Assembly (NCBI GenBank): GCA_030141605.1
Contig: JAQGDQ010000009.1
Span: 992,001 to 1,056,000 of the forward strand
Reading direction: 5' to 3'
Source of the DNA: Tubiluchus corallicola
Taxonomy: Eukaryota; Animalia; Priapulida
DNA: 64,000 nt
Within the stretch, counting starts at the first letter, position 1. Each line of letters starts with the position of its first letter. This document shows, piece by piece, positions 1-14,605 of the stretch. The notes beneath the pieces are model-generated. The model worked only from the letters and a program-made list of their open reading frames with translations, made no database searches and was not told the DNA's origin. A program made the position numbers and the translations under genes.

Positions 1-175
1 TTTCTCTAAGACTGACACCTGCTAAATTTCATGATTATCATCAACGCAATGTGATTAAAATAGTTCATCTTGCATAAAAAGTTTTGGGACGCCATCCAAA
101 TTTGCTAGGAACAGACTTGCCTCGAGCAAGATTTGGTAATGCGTTGATTAAATTTATATATTACCCAGAACTTAC

Positions 176-358
176 CTCTGGGGGCTTCTTTGTCCGATGT
201 TGCTTCTCGTAGTATAACTCCATGAACTGTGGATACTGTCGATACTGATAACTGTCCAAATTACCACGACTGTAATAGCCATCCGCACTGTTGAAATGTC
301 GCTTGTGTCCATATCCGAACAAATTACTTTCCTGCATCATTCCTACTTTCATGGCCAT
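176..358 (-). CDS. Candidate first coding exon of an unidentified minus-strand gene continuing left of the window
   Basis: Start context aacATGG, 61 open codons (MAMKVGMMQ...KKPPE), then a strong phase-0 donor GAG|GTAAGT at 176/175. Product not recognised. Confidence 0.45.
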
Positions 359-3300
359 GTTCTACATACGTACTGTCACAAGTATAGACACCTAATGGCA
401 CCACCGACAATAAGTAGGATATGTTCTTATTGAAGTTTTTCAACTTTTTAACTCAGTTTTGTTCAGTTCACAAAAATTTTTGACAAATCCAATTTAAAGC
501 GTCCTAGTGCAATTTCGTCATACCATAACATACTGAAACCACAATAAGCCGCACTTTATTTTCATACCTAGTCATCCATTAAGGCTATTTCATACTACAA
601 AACAAGAGATTTCACTTTCCACTGTGCACATTCAGAAGAGAAAGGATGCGAAAAATTAAGTCAAACGACCTGGTCTAGATGTCACAGCCTATTTGTGGCT
701 CCTTCAAACCACCGGAATGTGTCTGTTACAGCTGTTGCACAAACACAACGTGTGTGATATAATTGGGAACACTGACACACTATGAAGAGTTGGTTTTCAA
801 GCTCATTTGCTGTATAAAATAATGACATGTGAATCGTGGACGTTTTAGTAAACCCTCAACAATTTGAATACACAGACAATATACTAAAGAAAAAGATATG
901 AGACACAACCAGATCAGAGAAACACACACTAGATACACCCAATTGAAGTGTTGACAAAAACAGCCAAACAAAAAGGAATTTAAGCAAATTTAAAGTCCAG
1001 TTGGAAATCTTTATCTACACTGGCCAAAATGTGTAAAGAGTATGAAAACAAAGATAGGTCAAAAAAGAAAGATTCTTCTCTTAACGAAAGACAAAGAAAA
1101 AATAAATGAATTTGCAATAGTTTGTATAACTACTGCAGCAAACACTTGTGATTTATCATCAGCATTGCCTTTCTTCATGTCTGCTGCATAAAGGTCCTTT
1201 CGTTTTTAAAAAAAGATCATCATTAAGAAGGCTTTATATAAGCCATAATGAGAGGACCTAAGTGTTTTCCTGTGCCCAAGTACTCTCAATATGTGAAAGT
1301 ACTCTGTCTGTTCAATAGCTACGGATAACCACACGTTTCCTGCCAGTTACAAACAAGTCTTGAAAGATGCCAGCTTTTTTCACTCACAATGCAGCCATTG
1401 TGGCTTGGATAATAATCGACAAAGTCAACAAATTCACTTGACTTCCTTACTACTACTAGTGTTTATCTGACCTATAGCCTGGTGGTAATGATAACCGTTA
1501 AATAATGAACTAGTAACAAGTGATAATTGTGTTTATTTGTGCTTAACTGTAATGTAATTTCAGATGAAACAACACGTAAACATTTGAAAGAGTGACTTTT
1601 GTCCCTTCTGTGTAAAACTTTTAAGACTATGAAATCATTAATGCTCACCTCCCTAATTTTAGTAACTTACAATGCATATAAAATTAAATACTTTATTCTA
1701 ATGAAAAGTCATGTGATGTCAAAAGCATTCTAAATTTTTCCTCGCCAAAACTAACTGCATTACCTTTCTATTGTTAGGTAAAAATTCTTATACACTGAAG
1801 ATAAGAAAATATTAAAAAATACAAAAAAGAAAAATATATAACAAAGAATCTGCCGATTATTTGCTGAATCAAAGAATTTGCAAATCTTAAATTAATAAAA
1901 AATTTCAAAAATTTTACAGAAAGTAATATTTTTTAAATTTTTACTGAGAAACATTTTACAAACAAAATTCCTCTATTTACCTCTAGTATAAAAGATTAAA
2001 CAATTTCCACAGGTTATGAAGTTTTCCAGCATATACACACTAACAATGATCAGATGAATCCCTAAAACTAGAAGTAGTAAAAAATATCCAAAAAACGAAT
2101 CCTTATACGTAATGATTTTGTGAAGTCAGCAAAATTTAAATTAAAACAAAACTACTATGGAGCCTAACAATGAAACAACAAAAAATTGTTAACTCTTGCC
2201 ATAATTAATATTGACAGTGCAGACGAGTCAACGAACTCTTTACAAATACCAATCAACGCAGATATCGATCAATAGCATCATAACACCAATCATCAATTCT
2301 ATGTACTACGCCTATTGCAGCCGTTATAAATACAGACAGCATTAATCTCACAGTATGAACTCCGAGTGACATAAGCCACGTTAACAAAAACACAATACCA
2401 ATATGGCAACGCCCAGGTAACGCAACGACAGAATGTGCACCATTAAAAGTGATATTTAACAAGTCAGTGTTTGTGCATCGTACAGGTAACTATCGCACCA
2501 TCATTGCCTGCTTTCATCACATACCTGTACACACGCGGGCTGGCACAATGGAAACGAGTACAAGCAATGGCTGCCACCATAATGAGATGAAATATTTATG
2601 CGGCGGGCAGGAGAGGGAGAACTGCTCTGTCTCTCTCTACGCACGCCTCAGAAACAGCGACAAGTCATTCATGCACAGCAGCGGCTGCTCTCGTACAGCA
2701 ACACGCGCAGGTAAGAGAGGAAATCAATTATGAAAGCACACCTGTTCGTTGCTCATTCATGAATGCAATTATGCACGTTACCGGTAGGAAGTAAAAGAGT
2801 TCAACACTAACCATCAACGCAATCAGTGCCCAAGCACTGAGAAGGAAAGTAGCTTTAGGCGTCTCTTCGGCAGTAAACAATAACAGATCGGTCACCGAAA
2901 TATCTTAGCAGCAATTATATATACCTGCAAATCTTGTCATCTGAATGTAAAAAAGTCAAACCGTCGTCAGGAATAATCAATCACGGCACGAACTGAATGA
3001 ACCCTTCGCGATTCGTTACGAAATATGTGCTATCTGTGTCCAAATTTTCTGAGAAACCAAATGTATGTATAAAAACACCAAACAACAAGTAAAACTTTAA
3101 CTATTTCAGTAATTACACGGTAAAAAAACAAAATCGTCAACTATTAGTGCGCAAATTCTACAAAAGTAATCTTTGAGTATGCCACTAAAAACGAAATAGC
3201 TCGATGATGATCAGAAGACAAGTGTGATAAAATTACAAAAGCAGGCAAATAAAATCATGGAATCTGAAAATCATAAAAGAATGAATTTGTCATACAGCGA

Positions 3301-4179
3301 TGTGCATTTTACGATACACAATAATTCAGAAATGCAAACCAAAGAATTTAAAGTCAGTTAAGCAAGAAAACATAACCTTCAATTTCATCAGAGCTAGACG
3401 AAATCTCCTTAGAACTTGACACATTTATGGTTTGACCCACCTTCAAAAAACGCAGAGGAAATAAAATCTGCTGTACCAATTTGCTAGACAAACACAAAAA
3501 ACACAAAATTGAGAGCACTAATACGCGTTTGTTACAATTTGCTGTTTTTTTGGCATAAAAGGTAAAAATCAGCTAGATGGCCAAAAGTTATTTTTGGGCA
3601 GGCCACAATAGCAACAACTCGACAAAGGCAATTAATCGCACAAAATAAAAAAAAGTAAACATTGCTTTGACACAAAAGGAGTAATAATGTAGTTTTAAAA
3701 AGCGGTAAAATCAAAAGCTGACAAAAAATTAAGCTGGGGGGTTATGTGACCAATTTCTAATTTTGAAAGTGTCGAAGTCGTATTTCCAAATGGACAGTGA
3801 CAAATTAACTACGCAGAATTTTGGAAACTAGTGTCGCATTTTCAAGGATACAGTTATCTGTGTCTCATACAGATTTCTGTGTCACATTTCCAAGGAGACA
3901 AGAGAAATTCCTGCACGTCAAAATCGTACTCAAGGATCTTGATTAGAGAAACTTACTGTCACAGATACTCAAGGTAAACTGTTTGTTATGTCACAGTTAT
4001 TTAAAGTGATTTGTTGCTACAAGACTACAACGCACTAGTTAGAAGCGGTTTTAACGCCAGTGTGACAGTCTACTAGAGCAAAAAGAAAATTCAAAACTCA
4101 ATGTCGGATTCTGTATCTTCTTGTCACTACACAAAACGGCCTATAGATGGCCTGCAGATTTGTTATACAATACATGCCC

Positions 4180-4600
4180 AAAGTTGCTCCTACGAAGTGG
4201 ATAACTATATAATTGTTAACTCGGTCTGTATGTCTGTCTGTCGCCAGTCTTACAGCAGTATGAAAGTTGATACTGAATCAAGGGATGGATATGCATGTGG
4301 TAATGGTTGCAGCTTATTTATTCTTGGGTCAACTGGTGCAGAATCAATTATTTGAAATTTTTAAAGAGTCGCGTTAATTTCCAAGGTTATAAAAAAATCA
4401 AAAGCGCCCATTGTACGCCGGTACAACGAAGTTTTCCACTTTTGCTTGAATATTATCGCTCAGAACTAGTGCTGACAATCCATTAGCATGACGGTATCTA
4501 GATTTTTGCTGGATTACTACTGCAGTTACCAGTCTTGAGGACAGATTTCTTTTAACTGCCTGCCCAATATCAATCACAAACGTAATAGACATATTGTCAG
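4180..4600. mobile_element. Possible DINE/Helentron-like non-autonomous remnant
   Basis: Hairpin-like ctcctacgaagtggat followed by a (GTCT)n tract, a layout typical of such elements. Termini not resolved. Confidence 0.25.
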
Positions 4601-6563
4601 TGAATATGTTTAGAGTCATTGGAAGGTTCAAGAATCAAAATCGAAAATTAGAAATATTGTGATATTTCGAATACTACGACATATAGATATCAGGGTAACT
4701 ATGCCCCTCTACTGGTGCCACTTCAAATTGTTCAAGCACTGTTTCTAAAATGTCTACAGTCTACGTTTTCTTGTTCGTTAATATACTTCTGTGCCAAAAG
4801 CTTGCTTGTGTAATTAACTGTTTTGTCACCTTTTCTAAGTGTCAGTTAACTCTGTTATTGTTGTTTGTGACTAGACCAAAGCTTCCGGCCTTTTTAAAAA
4901 CGAAATCTAGGTCAGTGCAAAATAACGCTAGCCAATGACCAGTCACAATCAGAACAAAACAGCCGCCATTCATAGAGACAAGCGGCGTATTTTCTGTGAA
5001 ATGATTCAGAGTAATCAACAGGTCGGCGCAGCGATGCAACAAATATCACGTATATAATACTCCATTTCCTTTTCATTCACTCAATTAACGCGTCCGCTTT
5101 AAATTGAGCGATTTTTAGGAATGTCTGCTAATGATAAAAGCGTTTATGTGTAATTTACACAGGACAATAAACTTTCACTGTGCAGGCACGCCTTTAAATA
5201 CAAAACTTACTCATGCCGCCATGTGGATTAATAATACAGTAAGCAGCATAGTTAAAAAAATCAGCATTGGTAGAAAACGGGTTATTTGAAACCATAATTG
5301 TGACAACAAGAAGACTTCTTAAATTTGCAATAAAAGCTCTATTATTGTAATTTTCTAAGTATTTGTTCACTGTCTATGATGTCTATGAGGCCATTTTATT
5401 TGTACATGCAGCCGGCATAGACAAGAAAATGTTTTTACTTCCTCGAGCAGCCTACAAAAAATTTTTGCACAAACGAATCGGTCGCTTGTTTGTAGTAAAA
5501 AATACTTTGTTAAAAATTATTTCTAATTAACGATATCAAAAAAATTAAGGAAATATCTCTTCTTTGACTAAAAAACATAGATTGACAATGCCATGCATTC
5601 GTCACTTTTCGTGACTTTTACCTGATATAGTGCTGCCATCTATAGATGGAAAATTTACTGCTATAAAATTACGCTGAGGTTTTTCGGAAGTGTGTAGCCA
5701 ATACTTACGTAATGATAAGATGTATAATAATGTGTATAAATTATAGTACAAGTACAGTATAAGAGATAGTATAACAGTATTTCAGGTTGCGGTAATTTTA
5801 TTCTTTGAACTAGTAATATATTATGACAATACAAATGAAACTGAACATATACATTGTATTTTCCATTAATCTGCGACTGGCTAATGGTATAAAATGGAAA
5901 TACAAACAACACGTGGCACAACAGAAAAGCAAGCATATTAAGTGCTTTTTTTGTGCCACGTTTATTCATACTTATAAATACGATGGTTATTTTATCAAAC
6001 GTGTGTATATGAAATCGCTCAGAGCACCCAGCAATTAACCTGTAATTTAACGCATTCATTATAACTTTAATATGCAGCAATAAAAAGATAATTTACAACA
6101 TTATTCAGATAAATTTCCAGCGCTTGGTAATTAATGTTTCCACGCATTTCTTAATGATAATAACGTTATACATATAATAAACATATTTAGAAATGCTTGC
6201 TTGCAACGAAATGCATTCCTTATAGCATTAATATAAAATCTAAAAATTCAATTTTGTTGAAAGTAATTATTTGAACTTACATGATACATCACAGTAGTTA
6301 TGAAGAGCGTACACCATTCACAAATCTGACCAGGGTTTGACCCACTGATGTGGTTTGACCTTAGCAAAGTATAAGTATGCCGTTTTTAAAACATGGTTAA
6401 ACCTCGTGGGACATGGGAAAGAAAACTTCCGCCTACAAATAACTGTGTATACACACATGACTGTATATAATCATAACTTTGATTGACCAGCTTAATGTAA
6501 TGGACCCAAGGATCCAGACAATTTGCAGATAAAGCATCAAAGCAATATTCTTGTTATGATATT

Positions 6564-6609
6564 GAGAGAGAGAGAGAGGGAGGGAGGGAGGGAGGGAGGG
6601 AGAGAGAGA

Positions 6610-6648
<39 letters not shown>

Positions 6649-6655
6649 AGGGAGG

Positions 6656-6701
<46 letters not shown>
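6564..6701. repeat. Compound (GA)n/(GGGA)n microsatellite
   Basis: Pure purine tract seen directly; explains the spurious ORFs at 6433-6776. Confidence 0.97.
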
Positions 6702-6702
<1 letters not shown>

Positions 6703-9700
6703 GACAAAAGTCCAAAGAGTCTGATGAAAAGTGCTAAACATATGAACATTGGTGAACGATGAAAGGTACTAAACATGCAAACATTGCGGAAATGTTTTTT
6801 CTTGACATCAATGAAAATGTGGCGGGAAATGTGTGAGCAAAAGAAGGCTTGCCGCTATCGTCTATTAGCTCAATAATAATTTTTAGCAAGTGGCAATATC
6901 AGTGTTGTACACCGCCGATAGGAGTACATTATGCATAAAATTTCAAGCATGGTCACATGGTGACAGATGATATTCGCCCTTTAAGGTTTTACCGTCCTTA
7001 CGTTTTCAGGATGTTTTATTTTATAAATGCTGTAAAAACACTTGTTGTCGCGAGGATGAGTATTAAAGCAAAGATGGAAAACCACACAAAAATCAAGTGA
7101 CAAAAGACATTTGCATCTACAAAACTTACCCCTGTAATAAAAACATATTCTTTATTTATGTACAAAGTTACTTTTCTTCTTCTGAATATACATTTTCATC
7201 AATTACGTGTTACAAGCAGCAACCATGTCTTTAGTTAAGAAAACAGGAACAATTTTCTAGCATATCCCACTAAATGATTTTGAAGTACGTTAAAAGTACA
7301 CATTTTAGTTTCTATATAATAACGGCAAAGTGTTCCTGATAATTAAATAACAGGTGAAAAATAATAACGGCGAAGTTTTCCTGATAAAAGATCACAACTG
7401 AGCATAATATTCAAGAGCACAAACAGTCCACGAGCGTGTTGCACGTGTCTGCTAAAGCGAAAATTGAAGTACGGTACATACATGTAGTGTACAATATTCA
7501 GTGTTTTACAGACTAACTCGGCAAATTCTAAGTTTAAAAAATTTAAATTCCAAGTTAACTGCTGTGCTGACGCATGAACTCTCGAACATGGGCGCTACAT
7601 CACAACTAAACAACATGTGAACTGAAAGGTACAGCACCTGTTTTTTGTGTAATGCAGTTCCGAGATGAGTTCGCTAGTGCCTATCGAACTAGCAAATGAC
7701 GAAATTACCGGCGAAGCCATAATAATTGTTTCCCGCACGTCATTCTTTAAAAATAGTAGGTTTACTTTCGATAATTTTATAAAGTTTTTATAAAGTTATT
7801 TTTCAGTTTAAGACTGGGTCCAGTTTTCCTTTAAATGTCTCGCATTTCTCTCAACCATTCGAGAGGTTATTCGGATTGACAGCTGGCACGCAGGAGGTCA
7901 CGGAAATTCACACCAAGCGTGGCCGAATAAACGAAGAGATGAACCGCCCTTGAACTGCCGTGCCGTTTGCTGATGGGGTGACCCTCTCAAATATGTGCAC
8001 AACCACACACGGTGTGCTTTTTTAGACCTTTAGCGACTCTCGTTGAAAAAGTCACAGTCAAAACGAGTTCTTGGATTTCAAAAACGGACAAAAGATTAAC
8101 GGACATAATGCGACTCGGATCACACATCATCAAAGGCTTGACAGTTTCGGATGAATTTCAATGCAGATCATTAAAAATGGCTTGTACGTGATACGTCTTT
8201 AAAATAAAAATATGTTTAAAGTAAAAAACTATTTACACAGAGATAAATTAGAATTTGAGGAGTAACTTTGGTATCTCACTATGAATAACACACACATAAG
8301 TATAAAATAATTTCTGGTAATTAATTTACTCCACAGTGACTTGTCGAATAAGCTCGAACCGGCATTCAAATTTTATTTGTACAGGCCAAAATTAAGACCA
8401 AGTTTGAATGAACTCTGTATCGTCGTGCCTATAAACGCACCACAGCTACGTCACCTACAGCGGCAATGCATTGAAAGGCCAACTCGTCCAAACTAGGTAA
8501 ATGCTTATCAAACAGTTAGTGGTAATTTAGTAATTTTAAGTTCATACGGGAGTAATTAGATTCGTCAACAAAGTGACAGTCTAATTTGTTTGCCTTACCT
8601 AGAAACTTGAAAACCCACTATGACCATCATCCATTCCACAATTATATTAATTATATAAGTATTCAATGTATAGGTTAAAAGTCACTGTCACTCGTGGAAG
8701 CGCTAATTTTAAACGAAGTTTAAACTGCGTACTAATATATTTTCATAATTGGTTCAACCAACTATATAAAGATATGTAACCTTTTGCATCTTTGCTGTTT
8801 ATCCTTTGACACTTCGCTTGCAGAGTATTTTGCAAATCTCTTCTATTTTCCCTTGTCTCGTTAGCCTATTCAGTATTCATTCGTTCTCCCCTTTACTTCG
8901 CCTTCGCTCTGTTTATTTCCTCCCAACTCACTCATTATTCCATTTGCTTCCTTCCCCTTCTATTATCTTCTTTCCATACACTAACTCGCTCTTTCCTTTA
9001 CTCCATCTTGGTTTCTCAATCACGCTATGTAGTAATCAGTGAAGATTCTCTGTGTGTCAAGCAGACATCAAACGCGTGACATTTCTAAACCCTCATCAGC
9101 GGTTGCCCTTTCGGCAAAATCTGCACATGTAAACGTAATTTATCTTACATCTTAAATCTTAACTACGTTAAATGCAGGGAAAGCGACAGAAAAATGGTCT
9201 TTTAACTAGATAAGTTCGACCATTTAAGCAAAACCTGCCTAGACATTCCATTGGTACCAAATGATACCACAGGCATGTCAAATGTTTCATCCTAGATGTA
9301 GTTAATTTCAACCGTTAACCCTTCATGCGTACAACATATAAATGTGGTGCCATCTGGACGCAGCCCAAGAAATTACAAATAAACGTGATAGAACTAGATT
9401 ACGCAAAAAAGTTATATTACCTAAACATAAACCAGCAATTGGCCAAACGTATATGTGATAAACGTTTTTTTATTTTTATAAACTTCTATGGTAGATAAGA
9501 CTTACCAAACAGACACACTTGCACACATGAAATGTACTCTATATAGAGTTTCATCTCACCTAGGCTAATTCATTTATTCATTCAACTTTGTCTTACTTGT
9601 GCGATTATTAATTCTTTTTCTCAAACTGATATTGAAATTTAATATCAACTTATTGCATGCAAATTACAATCTTTGCACCATTTATTATGTAATCTAATCA

Positions 9701-11837
9701 TGTCACTCAATAACAACGATGATTTACAAGAATCAAGAATAGTTTGATTCTGATAATTTGATTTTATTTCTTATAATAGTTGACATGTGAAATATGCATA
9801 CAGTGAATTTGCTGGGAATCTGAAATCTTAGTTAATGACAAACACCAGTCAGGCTGTATTTTTAGACGCCTGATCTCTAATTTTTGTAGACGATGTCACT
9901 TTATTTTTATTGCAGACAATAAAACATTTTATTACATAAGGCACGAATTAATATGAAATTATTGCCTAATGGGTGGAAGAGAATATAAGAAATTAGTTGT
10001 TATAAAATGAATGCAACACAATCCACAGTAGGGGGAGAGAGAGAAAGAGAGATGGAGAAACAGAGAAAATCAGAGAAATAGACAGAGAATGTGCACTTGG
10101 ATGGATTACTGTAATTGTGTTAGACCGCATTAAATAACTAGCAGACAATGGGCAATAATTAGAAAACTAGATGTGAAAGAGAATGTGCAAAGTTAAAAAA
10201 TGTTTTAGTTTATTACGACTGTACCAAGACAATGAATCTGTTGAAATGTTGCAAAAAAACGTATCAATGTATAATGCATACCTAATGATACCAAAGGCAA
10301 GTCAAATGTTTCATCCTAGATGTATATAATATATATATAGTGCAAAAAAGCGCAAACCAATTTTCACCGAGTTAAACTTCAGCTGGACACGTCATGGGTG
10401 ACATTGCGTTCCTCATAAATATGGAATAATTAGATCACGCCAAAGAAATTCACGAAGCGTAAGGAATGGTCGTAAAATATTCGCCGCCCTCATGAAAATA
10501 TGATTACGCCTTTAGATGTACTGTTTTTACAGAAAACTGAAAGCAGCAAAAAGTAAAGTAAACCCAAAGAAGGGCGTGCATATCTAAATCTGCGATGTAA
10601 ATAATCAATGACGCTAAGAATCTGGCACAGTGCCAACGCAAATTTGATGACGTCATTAGTTCAACAAAGTTAAAATGTATAGTTACAGCATTTTGTTGAA
10701 CGATGATGAATTAGCCATCTGTTACAAGGAGCCAGTTAATTTAAGTTAACTTACTGAATTAATACGACTACTAAGCATTTCATTGAAACAGTAAACTTAA
10801 ATATGAAGAAAGATCACCTTGGAAATAAACACCAAGTTATCTAAGATGTTATCCCCGTACTATGTCCTAAACGAAATTATTCTTATTTTCATTGCACTTG
10901 CATATAATCATGGAATTGTAATTTTATCATAATTAAATCTTGCGCATCAAATGATTTATTTTTTCTTTTCATGTTGGCAAATCACAATCTTTATTTGCTG
11001 TGTGTGAAGTGTACATAGTGTACGCCCTATGTCAATGAAAACACCTTAGTCTTTCACATTGACAGTGAAGAATTTTTGATTTTCAGAATCCATAATGCTT
11101 CCTAAACGCAGCAATCCCATTTATCCACATTATAAATTTCTGCTTGGACTACCCTCGTCCTGTACCTAGCTATTACACTATTTTGCGCTGTAGCGAACTC
11201 CATTAATTTCTCGATTTCTAAACGTGCCGCCAACAAGTCTCAGCAAGTTCAAGCTCCACAAGCCAAACACACAGAGAAAACTAATGAACAGAGAAACGCA
11301 GAATAAACACACAGCCTTCACAGAGTTACAAATCTGTTAGTAATTGCTGTCTAAAACATCACACTGCTTTCCCTTCAAATTAGCTACATCAATTACCCTG
11401 TGTCTGTCTTCGAGTGTCTTCAACAGATGGCAATGCTTTCCAAAAAACGCATTATTTAGCCACACAGTAAATGAGCCCTTAGTCTAAGCCAAAACACAAA
11501 CTCGTTCAACAATGTCCCTTCCCAAGTCTTTTTAGTACGAGAGGAACTAAATTTTGTCAATTTCACATGCAGAAGTCTTTCACAAATTTTCAGGGTGCAC
11601 CGGATCAAGAAAATTACGTTATTAACGTGCAAATCTGATCAAATCATCGGCTCAGCTGATACGCTTGAACCAGAGCAGCCAAATGAAGAAGAGTGAGTGA
11701 GAAGATAAGAGAGAAAATCAAGTTACGAGTGCCGCCAAAGTTGCTTCTGTTTTTCTGCTGGACATTTGTCAGTCCAATACTAATCAATGAAAATATTCGG
11801 CTAGGGTGACAAAAGGGCAACAGGAACCAATTGGCAA

Positions 11838-11993
11838 ATACGAAGTAGCAGCCTCAGGCTTAAAAGCGATGAAAGGGTTAACAAACCTCCCCCACGATTC
11901 TGAATGAAAGGATTGATACGAAGTAGAAGCCTCAGGCTTAAAAGCGACGAAAGGGTTAACAAACCTCCCCCACGATTCTGAATGAAAGGATTG
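11838..11993. repeat. Two-copy 78-bp tandem duplication
   Basis: 11838-11915 and 11916-11993 differ at two positions. Confidence 0.95.
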
Positions 11994-14085
11994 AATCCTT
12001 TGCTTATTGGATTTAGTTGCGCGATGCGGCTTCTACAGCAGGGCAAGTCGCTATTTTAAAATCAATTCTTCCACTCTCTTCAAACCACAGGAAATTTTTG
12101 GACTGAAAGCAAATGCAAATAACAAAAATTTCCATTCAAGGAATGATGACGAGTAGATTCGTAATTAGTTTACCGATCCATCTTTATCCAATAACACAAT
12201 GCAGACATGTTTTACAAACAGGATGAGAGGTTAACAGGATAAACTTCATTTATCCTGTTATCCAGAATTAAAAAAACAGAGATATTTACAAAGATAAATC
12301 TTTCTCAGTGCATTTTATTAAAAATTCCATCTCAATTACGGCAGTAAATGTATGTAAACTAGTTGCCCCTATTAAAGAAACAATGTTCAGTGTATTCGTT
12401 CGCGATGTCAGAAAATGTACACTTTTATATGGTGAAATATAGCTGTACGATGTATGCAAGTCGTGTTAATATTAGTTGCAGTTTAATGGATGAGCACAGT
12501 GTCACACGTGTATCAGCTACTTAAAAACATTACATTATGTGCAAACAAACAATTGTGCGCAACTTACAGAACTTACTTGACCTTCTGAAACACCAACTAA
12601 TGTTCCATACGATATCAGTTTCTTTGGCTAGCTAAACTTACTTAACAGAAAGCGTCAAAATTTCCAAATTTCACTACGTTCGCACGAATAAAAAAATTAA
12701 TTGGACGCCTTGGAACCAACCCTGAGGAATTATGAGAACACCATTTAAACTAAATTAAGTTTGCCGAGTGCGACAGTTAAATAAACTTAGCTAGTCAGCC
12801 CATTATCAAATCACAAAAAGACACTGTTTTAAGTGCTTGACCAAAGATATGGAAATGGTGTTTACACTACAACTGTTCTGTATCACAGAACCTACTTTTG
12901 TTACCTGCTGAGTTCGAAAACCAGCAGCTAATCCTTTGCGTAAGCAGACAGTTTTTTACTTTTTTTCCAGCTTTGCAAGCATAACAGAAAAATGTACAGT
13001 TTATTTTCACAGGTCCCTACAATATTAATGAAACATATGTTTGGGGGCTCTCAAGCTGAGAGAAAGGAAAACAGCACTGTACATTAATGTGCTACATAAC
13101 TACAATTAAAATAATACCAACAATATAAAAAGACAGCATTTGTCATTTTGGGGATCGGTGCATAAAAAAAGCTACAACAGCTTATCTGCCTTGCGATAGA
13201 TTAAGGAGTGGGCATAAGAACTTGTACATTTTGTTTCACTTTTCAGGCTTCACAGACGGTAAGTTAGTAGTACTACACCCAACCACGCAATTGCAAATAC
13301 ACTAGTAACTGCATTGCTAAAAACAACAATGTCGAAAGACTAGCCTTACATGTTAGTCTGATGTAGATACATCAGATGTAGATGAAGCAAATAAAAATAT
13401 TCATTAGACGATAAACTACAGCAGGCACACTTTTTAAATTGTGAGGATCATGCGAAACTAATCAAGGTCAATTTTAAAAACTAGACTTCTTATTTGCCAA
13501 TATGTCACATCCGAGTGAAAAGTATAAAGCATAGAAACAATAATAAACAGAATTTACTGCAGCACAACATAAATAGCCATACTTGAATGCTGGTAAAAAA
13601 CAATGTAAGTAACAAATTTTAATTGGTAAACAAAACAGTGCACAAATGCTTAACCACAACTGAAAATTTTTATGCCACACTTTTCCACTGTGTTTCTCGT
13701 ATTTTTTGAGGTGTGCACAATCTAAACCTTTCTACAGATTTCTACTGCTAAAAAAGCTGTTGTGACAAGTGACAAGGATGATAGCAAACTAAGATATCAG
13801 GAAAAGTGAGAAAAAAACAGAAAAGAAAACATATTGTTGCATTGGAAAAGTTGCCGGCTAATGCAGTATGTAATGTGGTATGGACTTTGGGGTAAACTGA
13901 TTCAGCAAAAAGTGCAAGTGCATACTTGGAAACACTAACAAACACGGAAATGAAAGAGAAAGTGTAGCTAACACAATTCAGTTGAATCAGTTCCGAGTCT
14001 CTTCAAAAAGGCAAAAGAAAAAGTAGTAAAAAACCAAAACTTTTGCTTTTTACGGCATTGTAGGGTAGTTGTATACTGTCTCGTC

Positions 14086-14605
14086 CAGTTGTTCCCAACC
14101 TTTTGTTGACAGCAACCCCTTTTCAAAACCCTGCATCATATCGCGACCCCACAAAGAACATAATCACATGTTACACTATTAAACATCATTATCGTTTGCA
14201 TTTATTAATTTTAACTTACTATTCGACAAATTATTGAACAATGAGTGATTGTTTCATTAATTTATTAATGTGATGGTTGCACCTGTTTCTGTAAGTGATG
14301 CAGGTGACCAGTAATGCAACAGCAATAGGTATCCAAGGTTAAATGAATAACGACACGCTTTCAGGCAGTGTACGGCATGGAACAATGTGCATTTTCATTT
14401 TCCCGGAAAATCAAGCACTGGTATGCTGCATTCACAGGGGGAAAGCCCAGTTTCACTTTCCTGAACAAAATGTTGTAATGAGAGACTGAGAAAACAAGAC
14501 CTACTTGCATACTTTTCATAAAAACAGCATTTTTAAAAAATAGTTTTTGGACTAGCCTGCGACCCCTCGAAAAGTGCTTCGCGACACGAAGGTTGGGAAC
14601 TCATG
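14086..14605. mobile_element. hAT (Charlie-like) MITE
   Basis: Terminal inverted repeats (TIRs) CAGTTGTTCCCAACCT ... AGGTTGGGAACTCATG; flanking 8-mers gtctcgtc/gtctaatc match at 6/8; subterminal GCGACCCC motifs. Confidence 0.8.

Noticed and set aside
6433-6776. ORFs with SL/ER/GR repeats
   Set aside because: Translations of the GA/GGGA microsatellite.
11900-11975. Hammerhead-ribozyme-like CTGAATGA...CGAAA in the 78-bp repeat
   Set aside because: The core has an extra base relative to CUGANGA and no stem I can form, since both arms are the same C-rich sequence.
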